From NCBI RefSeq assembly GCF_006345805.1, contig NC_042999.1, positions 51,708,001 to 51,772,000 of the forward strand: a DNA stretch of 64,000 bases, given 5' to 3'. The position numbers and the translations under genes are program-made. Within the stretch, counting starts at the first letter, position 1; every line of letters starts with the position of its first letter. Under the pieces are notes generated by a model, which had not been told where the DNA came from, searched no databases, and saw only the letters and a program-made list of their open reading frames with translations. Shown here piece after piece: positions 55,280-64,000 of the stretch. The stretch is from Octopus sinensis (taxonomy: Eukaryota).

Positions 55280-56180
55280 GCAATAATAATTCTCTAAATG
55301 AGATATAGACAGTAACTGCTCCATAACAAAGGCTAAAGCCATCTGAATATGGCTAGGGACAGGGCAGGGTGGTGGGGGTGTTACTGTTGCATTTAGCCCC
55401 AGGCGAACATCGACGTCGCCAGATAGGCTTGACACCATCACGGTGTCCTTTAACCTGCAAAGGGAGATAATTCCCCGATGAAGCGAAACCCACACGGACC
55501 ATGGTTTCAAGGTGTATTGCCTATCATCAACGTGTGGTAGGCCCCCGCTTCCTCGACGAAATCTCACTCTGCAGGATATTCATATATAGATTTTCAAGCA
55601 AAATACATTTGCTGATTTCGAAAATCTGTTCGACAGCAATAATAATTCTCTAAATGAGATATAGACAGTAACTGCCCCATAACATAAGGACTAAAGCCAT
55701 CTGAATATGGCTAGGGACAGGGCAGGGTGGGGGGGTGTTACTGTTGCATTTAGCCCCAGGCGAACATCGACGTCGCCAGATAGCTTGACACCATCACGGT
55801 GTCCTTTACCTGCAAAGGGATATTCCCCGATGAAGCGGAAACCACACACGACCATGGTTTCAGGTGTATTGCCTATCATCAACGTGTGGTAGGCCCCCGC
55901 TTCCTCGACGAAAATCTATATATGAATATCCTGCAGAGTGAGATTTCGTCGAGGAAGCGGGGGCCTACCACACGTTGATGATAGGCAATACACCTTGAAA
56001 CCATGGTCCGTGTGTGGTTTCCGCTTCATCGGGGAATTATCTCCCTTTGCAGGTTAAAGGACACCGTGATGGTGTCAAGCCTATCTGGCGACGTCGATGT
56101 TCGCCTGGGGCTAAATGCAACAGTAACACCCCCACCACCCTGCCCTGTCCCTAGCCATATTCAGATGGCTTTAGTCCCTT
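55280..56180. mobile_element. Non-coding 356-bp unit: two tandem copies (minus sense) plus one inverted copy (plus sense), each with an HHR
   Basis: Units start at 55280 and 55636; inversion junction ~55912; HHRs at 55490-55538(-), 55841-55890(-) and 55967-56018(+). Confidence 0.85.
55967..56018 (+). ncRNA. Minimal type-I HHR (U3 variant)
   Basis: ACCACACG-TTGATGA-T-AGG(CAATACA)CCT-T-GAAA-CCATGG-TC-CGTGTGTGGT; predicted cleavage after 56008. Confidence 0.7.
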
Positions 56181-56249
56181 ATGTTATATATAATATAATT
56201 TGATAGGTTTCGGCCAGTATTGGCACAGGCCAGTCATTCAAATCAGGAA

Positions 56250-56660
56250 TCGGTCAACATGGCCCAATCAAGTAGACAGTTTAGTTTACGGAGACATATC
56301 CGGGTGTAGAAGGTTTTTCCGGGATTTTCTGAAGGAATTTGTTCAAGACTTCTTGAACTTTATGGGGTCTGTTTCAGCTTTAATTGTGTTTTGATGTAAT
56401 TTTAAACAAAGCGGAGTCAATTGTGCCATATTGTTGTAAAGTGATACGAGTATGATTTTTGTTGTGGGCGGGTTGCACGGGGCCCAAGTCTTGGGTGTAT
56501 CGTAAAGGCGATGCCAACATCAATTAGGCAATGCCGATGGAATATTTTCCACATGATGCAGATGATGTAGCGCTCACAGCTATGTTCGAGGGAATAAAGC
56601 TAGAGCTTTTCTAGTTGATCCCAATAGTCAAGGCCTGTCATGCCATCTATACTTTTTGTA
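56250..56660 (-). mobile_element. CR1-like LINE 3' end (decayed)
   Basis: LYSLEHSCERYIICIMWKIF...HPRLGPRATRP in minus frames. Confidence 0.7.
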
Positions 56661-56924
56661 ATTGACCTTTGAGGTGCTTCAGTTTTCATTATACTTTGTT
56701 TCGTGTGGGGAGAAACAAAATATCATACACACACACGCACACACACACACACACACACACAACACACACACACACACAAATTTGCGTATATAGATGTATG
56801 GATGTGCACTTACATACGTACGTACATACATACATACATACATACATACATACACACATACATACATACATACATACATACATACATACATACAAACATA
56901 CATGTATACATGTATACATACATG

Positions 56925-57095
56925 CATGAGTATGTCTAGATGTGCAAGTATATGCATGAAAATACATATATAAGCAAATTTTCTCGTATACATACCCCGT
57001 TGATGTTGAAATTCCAATGAGGGAGACTTGGATGTAGGTTAGAAACCGGCTCTTTCACCATTCGCATGAAAACAACTAAGACTGACTAATGACAT
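56925..57095 (+). mobile_element. 3'UTR remnant of the (TACA)n-associated R4/Dong LINE
   Basis: Homologous to 49460-49670; TACA context. Confidence 0.7.
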
Positions 57096-57179
57096 ACATA
57101 CATGCATGTGTGTGTATGAAGGAATATATTTATTAACGGAGAGAGGTACACAATCATAAACACGCAAATACACATAGAG

Positions 57180-57595
57180 ATATATTTCTTTACTACCCAC
57201 AAGGGGCTAAACATAGAGGGGACAAACAAGGACAAACATGGGGATTAAGTCGAATACATCGACCCAGTGCGAAACTGGTACTTTATTTATCGACCCCGTG
57301 AGGATGAAAGGCAAAGTCGACCTCGGCGGAATTTGAACTCAGAACGTAAGGACAGACGAAATACCTATTTCTTTACTACCCACAAGGGGCTAAACACATA
57401 GAGGACAAACAAGGACAGACAAACGGATTAAGTCGATTATATTGACCCCAGTGCGTAACAGGTACTTACTTAATCGACCCCGAAAGGATGAAAGGCAAAG
57501 TCGACCTCGGCGGAATTTGAACTCAGAACGTATCTCAGACAAAATACGGCTACGCATTTCGCCCGGCGTGCTAACGTTTCTGCCAGCTCGCCGCC
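57180..57595 (-). mobile_element. SINE family B, partial tandem dimer
   Basis: Full copy at 57365-57595 followed (in sense orientation) by a 5'-truncated copy. Confidence 0.9.
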
Positions 57596-58854
57596 TGCAA
57601 ATACACATAGATATAAGCAAGCACACACGCTCACACATACACCTGGTCACACAGGAAGGCTGCAATGAATTCTCTTTATTATCTTTGTCCTGGTCAGAAG
57701 CGGTGCATTAAACCACAATAAATGTTTAGACAGGGTTTAATGATCTTTATAAATTGAGATCACTTCAAAAAAGAAGGGCTCATAGCGTGTTCCTGTTTCC
57801 AACAATACTAACTTAAAAGTACCATCCCACTATTAACCCCTGGCAAGTGAGTCTCCCGCCAACCCCTGTCGGTCTGATGAGGAGATCCACATCAAGAGGT
57901 TTCATCCGTATCAATTTGTTTAACCTAGGTAAGATCTTAATGGCATCTTTCATTCCTAATTTCATAATGACCAGGGAATAATTCTTTAGTAAGAAGATGA
58001 GAGTTAAACTATCTCCTGGATAGGTGACTAAACTCTTACAGTCACCATTTCCAATTGTTGTATTGTCGACGGATTCCTGGCAGATGCCCTGTGAGATCGA
58101 AGGGCTATGTTCAAGATAGATCGGCTGTAAAAGCTACGGAGAGTAGGGATGGTCTGTTGTGGGTAGGCAGTTTATAGGAATAGGTGAAACAATAGAATAT
58201 ATGTTTATGACGTGAAAAAGAAAAGATTAAATGAACAGGAGTGAGAGAGAGAGGGGGGAAAGAGAGAGAGGGGGAAGAGAGAGAGGGGGAAAGAGAGAGA
58301 GGGGGAAGAGACACGGTGAGAGAGAGGAGTGAGTTGTTTACAAGTATTGCTAGATAAAAGCCTTCTCTTATGTTCACCACTGTTCAAGCTGGCCAATTAA
58401 CTCCTTAAAATATTAATAAAGCCAGAGACGTGACATAAAACATTGGAGTAAACAAGCGCTGATTAGTGAGACACATTTGAACAGCTGATAAGGGGGAGAT
58501 AATTGAACAGAAAGGCGTCATGTTATCACACAGGATGTTAGGGATGATGCCGATGGTGGAGACGGTGGTGACGAAGATGATGGTGCCGGCGGTGGTGGTG
58601 GTGAGGATGCTGGTGATAATGGTGTTGGCGTGGGTGGTGCTGATAATGATGGTGATGATGATGGAGGTGATCGTAGTGGTAGTGGTAGTGGTGGTGGCAT
58701 AGTCATTGTAGTAGTTACGTTGATGGTCTAAAGTGAAGAGCTAGTGTTGATTTCAAGAAGTACATTCTTCATCTCGTATCTCTCTCTCTCTCCCTCTCTC
58801 ACAGCCACAAATGCGTGCGCACACACAAACACATATGAACACACATGAATATGA

Positions 58855-58940
<86 letters not shown>

Positions 58941-59042
58941 GCCTGCCTGTCTGTCTGTCTGTCTATCTGTGTATGTATGTATGTAGGTATGAATCTACCT
59001 ACCTACCTACCTACCTACCTACCTACCTACCTACCTACCTAC

Positions 59043-59087
<45 letters not shown>

Positions 59088-59245
59088 AATCTATCTATTT
59101 ATCTATCCGAGTGTCTACATGTCTGTCGTAATATCTTTCCATTTGTAAATATATCTGTGCGTGTGTCAGTGTGTGTATAAATATGTATATATAAAGTCAT
59201 ACGTACATACATACATTCATGTATGTATATATGTATGTAAGCATG

Positions 59246-59279
<34 letters not shown>

Positions 59280-59284
59280 CATGC

Positions 59285-59330
<46 letters not shown>

Positions 59331-59358
59331 GTATGTACATCAACGGTTTGTTCTATAT

Positions 59359-59544
59359 CATTGGTTCTCAGCCCTTTTTATGTCCCTCACCCGTAAAAGC
59401 TTTTCATGTTCTCGCACCCCTTAAAATAATAATTTATATAAGAAGAAAGGTACTCGGATCGATTGTCTTCTTTGACCCCCTATAAATCCGGCCCTGGCCG
59501 CACCCCCTGGGATGCTATCTCGCACCCCTGTTTGCGAAACCCTG
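59359..59544. mobile_element. hAT-type MITE with 8-bp TSD
   Basis: TTCTATAT at 59351-59358 and 59545-59552; imperfect TIRs CATTGGTTCTC / GCGAAACCCTG. Confidence 0.7.
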
Positions 59545-59689
59545 TTCTATATCAACGGCTTGTCTCTAATGATGAAAGCTACAAATACCTGGGAGTCGAT
59601 GAGGATGTTGCATACACACGCACGCACACACACACAGACACAGACACACACACACACAGAGGTACATACACACACAGGTACACACACAC

Positions 59690-59990
59690 ACATCTTGCAC
59701 TCCGTTGTTTACGACGATGAGGATTTTAGTTAATCAGATCAACGGAACAATTCGCTCGTGAAATTTATGTGCAAGTGGTTGAGCATCCTACAGACACGTG
59801 AGCCCTTAACGTAGCTCTCAGGGAGATTCAGCATGACATAGAATGGGACAAGGCTGGCCCTTTGAAATTCAGGCACTACTCATTTTTGCCAGCTGAGTGG
59901 ACTGGAGCAACGTGAAGTAAAATGTCTTGCTCAAGGACAGAACGTGCTGACAGCAATCGACCTCTCAACCCTACGATCGTCAGCCGAATA
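59690..59990 (-). mobile_element. SINE family D-related
   Basis: GAGTGGACTGGAGCAACGTGAAGTAAAATGTCTTGCTCAAGGAC is the reverse complement of the family D core. Confidence 0.8.
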
Positions 59991-60481
59991 CTTTTGTAGG
60001 GTTTTCCCTGTTGCTGTCTCATATTGTGAAGTTTTAAGATCACATCAAAATTTTCAAATTTGGTAAATTGAAAGAATTTTCCATGTTAAATATGATTTTA
60101 TTATTTATTTATTCCAGAAAAAATGCAGAACAATGTTACTGAGGTTTAAAGTTTAATCAATTTTACCTAATCAGAAAACAGGATTTGGAAGCTGGTAATT
60201 TTCTCCATGATAGCTGTCTAAATGAAAGCAAAATCACTACGAGGAGGAATTTCCATTAAACAAAGGAAAGCAAAGCATTACAACGACCAAATTTGTAAGA
60301 ACTTCTGAAAGTCATAGGAAACGGTCGAACAGGCATGTAAATAATTTGAAAAAGAAAAAGAAATTCTCAACGATGATTTTTTGGGCGAAAAATCTGACAA
60401 ATCTGTACTGATTTGTCGGGGAAGGTATGGTCTGACATGGAATAAACAAAAATTTATAGAAATCATTCTATTGTGAAAATT

Positions 60482-60507
60482 GCCCGCAACGACGGGCTAT
60501 TCAGCTA

Positions 60508-60508
<1 letters not shown>
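60482..60508 (+). mobile_element. Helitron-like 3' terminus
   Basis: GCCCG(CAACGA)CGGGC hairpin, 7 nt, then CTAG|T; 5' end not located. Confidence 0.5.
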
Positions 60509-60540
<32 letters not shown>

Positions 60541-60546
60541 TATATA

Positions 60547-60578
<32 letters not shown>

Positions 60579-61039
60579 TGTGTGTTTATATATATATATA
60601 TATATATATATATGATATATATGTCATATATATATATATATATATATATATGTATAATATATATATTATAATATATATACGTGCAAAATATAGTGCAACA
60701 CACAACAACCGACGCACACGCATACACACACACACCACACATAGAGTCGTATATAATTTTAATTGTCCAATTCAGAATTAACTAATATGTTAATTCAATA
60801 TCTACATTTTTTCTTCTTTGATTTCGGTTGGTGACAAACGAAATCACATTTACAATATCATAATGGAAAGAAATCAATATGGAAATAGTTTTACTTCAAG
60901 TTTAAATGAAATTATTTCATAAGCTTTAAGTGAATAAATATTTTAAGCGTTTGTGTTTCTCGAAACAATAACTGATGGATATTAAATTATATGACGAAGG
61001 AGAATTTACGCAAACACACACACACACACGCCTCTCTGA

Positions 61040-61116
<77 letters not shown>

Positions 61117-61426
61117 ATATATAACAGGTAAATGCTGCCAGTAAAAGAATTGTATCTATGGAGAAATTAATGACAATTTCTCAATGAGTGATCGAATATG
61201 ATTTCTTCTTGTTTTTGCTTTCGCAGCCTAGACCACGCTGGAGCAACGTATCTTATGAAAGATATATAAAAAAAAACATTAACCGATGAGATGAATTTAA
61301 AAGAGAAATTCAACTTGATTATAGTTTGCTAATTGAGACCATAGAAAGAATCTGTAATTGATGAAAACATTACGAATAACATTGTTTAAAAGAGAAATGA
61401 CAATTGCTCTACGCTTAAATGCATAA

Positions 61427-61556
<130 letters not shown>

Positions 61557-63818
61557 GAAAGAAGAAACATGGCAAAATATTTAGTAAACGAAGAAGACTT
61601 CCTATAGTATGCTGCTAGAGCAGAAGGGGTTAGCGAAAATGGACTTGAGAGTGCTCATTAATTCCGAATAAGAACAGCCAACAAGAGAGAAGAAACCCTC
61701 TTCCGTATGGAATTACATGGCCAATTTACACCGCGAAACCAAGTTAAAAGACCAGGGTGCATCATGGAGGTTGCTCTAGAAGGGTGACCTTAAAAAAGAA
61801 TACAGAAAGCCTAATACGCGCAGCCCAGGCCCAGGTATTGAATACCAACTCAGTGAAAAAGAATATATCCCACACAAGTGCATCTCTGCAGAATGTGTGG
61901 GAAGAGGGTCGAATGTGTGACTCACATTGTTAGTGCTTATGAAAGTCGTGATCAGAATGAGTACAAGCGTAGACACGACAAGGTAGCCCAACACCTCCAC
62001 TGGCTACTTTGCCGTAAGTATGGATATCAGGTTACGGATGTTTGGTACCAACTTACACCGGAGAAGGCAATGGACGAAAAGGGAAAGCAAAAATCCTCTG
62101 GGACTTTGAATTCCAGACAGTTAAGGAGTTAGAGAACCGAAGGCCGGTTATATCAGGTCATCCCATAAGTTCTGTCTGAATTTTGAATAAAGAAAACAAG
62201 TGATCAAATGTTATATTTAATTGAGATTTAATCATCAATGTACTTTCCCTGATTATCTATGACTTCCTTCCATCTATTGACAAGCTTTTTAATCCCATCA
62301 ATGTAAAACTCTTTTGGTTTAAAAACTCTGAAATGTTAGTTTCGACCTCCTCCTGGCTTGCGGAAGTTATGTTCCCCCAATGATTCTGTAAACTACGAAA
62401 CAAATGATAGTCTGAAAGAGCAAGGTCGAGAGAATAAGGTGGATGAAGAATTTTTTCCCAACCAAGCTCTTCGATCTTCTGTGATGTGATATTTGCAGTG
62501 TGGGGTCGCGCATTGTCCTGATGAAAAATCACTCCTTTTCGACTCACTAATCTTTTTCCTTCAAAGCTTGGTTCAAACGCTCTAATTGCTGATAATTGAC
62601 TTGAGCATTGATTGTTGCATTAGGTGGTAACAATTCAAAGTGAATTACAGATAGAGAGAAGAACCTTTTCCCCATGAAGTTCCCTTCTCGTTTGTGGTTG
62701 AGCTTTTCCCCTTCTATGAAGCCACTGTTTACGACGTTTAACATTTCGATAGACGATCCATTTTTCGTCACCAGTCCCAATTCTATCCAAAAAGGGTGAA
62801 ATTAGTTCGCGAGAATGGAGAGAAGAGCAAATGTCAACTTGGGATTTGCGGTTGCTTTCGGACAATTCCCGAGGCACCCATTTTCCAAGTTTAGGAACCT
62901 TTCCAAGTTGTTGAAGATGACGATGAACAGTTGAACTGAGCTTTATTGCCAATTCTACAATTGATAATGCAGGATTTTCTTCAAGTAATGCCTCAAGGAG
63001 CTTATCATCAAACTCAACTGGACGTCCAGTTCAATCTTCGTCTTCAAGGCTGAAATCTTCATTTCTGAGTTTTGCAAACCATCTTCTGCAATTCTTTCGT
63101 TCAAGCATTCTTTCCCATAAACAGAGTGTATGTTTCGTTTCGCTTCGGCACCAGAGTTTCCTTTTTTGTACTCATAAAGCATTATGTGCCTTAAATGCTC
63201 TTTGGATACTTCCATGTTACAAAAGGTTTTAATCAAAAAAATTTTAATTCTATTATTCTGTAAAATAATATTTAATTAGCTTAAATGTACACAAATGCAT
63301 AAAAATAATTTTAAATACCATTAGACATTCTAAAATACTATTAAATTTCATTTAATTTTTAAAATGTTAAAATCGGACAGAACTCATGGGATGACCTGAT
63401 AGTAACCTCTAGGAGGGACAAACAAGAGTGCCTAATAATTGATGTGGCAGAGCCAGGAGATCAACATATTATCATGAAAGAAAGAGAAAAGTTTGATAAA
63501 TATGGAGATCTGAGAATTGAGATCGCTAAGATGTGGCAGCTACGAGAGTCAAACATAAAGATTATCCTTATTGTCATCGGAGCATTGGGTTCAATACCAC
63601 CCAATCTGAAAAAAAACTGAAACATCTGAAAACCTTAGAAATACCCTACAATCTAGGTATATTGCAAAGGCCGTCATTAGTTGCGACTGCACGCATATTG
63701 TGTAAAGTACTGTCTGTCTGAGGTCCTTGTTGCGCCTTGACAATCAGTATAAAAACCCCCGGTTGACACAATATCTTCAATCAACAACCGCACGACATTG
63801 TATATTGTGCGACGTCTA
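61557..63818 (+). mobile_element. 5'-truncated R4/Dong-type LINE in (AAT)n, split by a mariner
   Basis: CRMCGKRVECVTHIVSA..YKRRHDKVA; ENRRPVI|VTSRRDKQECLIIDVAEPGD; IVIGALG; 3'UTR hairpin CGCACGA..TTGTGCG. Confidence 0.92.
62153..63399 (-). mobile_element. Full-length mariner (DD34D-type) transposon with frameshifted transposase
   Basis: ~30-bp TIRs TCAGGTCATCCCATAAGTTCTGTC / GACAGAACTCATGGGATGACCTGA; TA TSD at 62151-52 and 63400-01; WVPREL, TGDEKW, HQDNARPH, HPPYSLDLALSDY. Confidence 0.96.
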
Positions 63819-63841
63819 TAATGATAATAATAATAATAATA

Positions 63842-63877
<36 letters not shown>

Positions 63878-63883
63878 TGGTGG

Positions 63884-63917
<34 letters not shown>

Positions 63918-63980
63918 TGATGATGATGATGATAATAATAATAATAACAATAATAATAATAATAATGATAATAATATTAA
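63819..63980. repeat. (AAT)n/(GAT)n array
   Basis: Direct. Confidence 0.95.
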
Positions 63981-64000
63981 TAAAAGAGGTTTTGGCAGAT

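Noticed and set aside
55470-55500. CCGATGA-AGC-GAAA on the strand opposite the real HHR (possible ambisense ribozyme)
   Set aside because: No U16.1/NUH site and no stem I or stem II
57800-58130. Very decayed minus-strand Dong-like peptide (PLDVDLLIRPTGVGGR); also a YKYLG fragment at ~59555-59612
   Set aside because: Too short or diverged to delimit reliably without alignment

Overview
Non-coding, repeat-saturated animal genomic DNA with no supportable host gene. The SINE families and very long microsatellites look like an octopus or other coleoid cephalopod genome (recognition from memory, not a database result). There is one 100-N gap. Nearly all ORFs in the track are microsatellite translations. 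The real coding remnants are decayed transposons: R4/Dong-type RLE LINEs, RTE and CR1-like LINEs, a Penelope-like element (PLE; RT plus GIY-YIG), a full-length but frameshifted mariner, and pogo/Tigger and Tc1/maT fragments. Several tRNA-derived SINE families, a hAT MITE and a Helitron-like end are also present. The main signal the ORF track misses is about 16 minimal type-I hammerhead ribozyme (HHR) motifs from about 10 sequence-unrelated repeat families, found by eye. Two families use the compensatory U3-A8 core. Several HHRs lie in non-coding tandem units (487, 356 and 105 bp) that resemble retrozymes and could release circularisable monomer RNAs. One HHR sits behind a tRNA/Pol III head. 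HHR-bearing elements repeatedly form head-to-head palindromes with both 3' ends pointing outward, next to (TA)n, whereas the RLE LINE families sit in (TACA)n or (TAA)n. All structures and alignments were read manually and need computational and biochemical confirmation.
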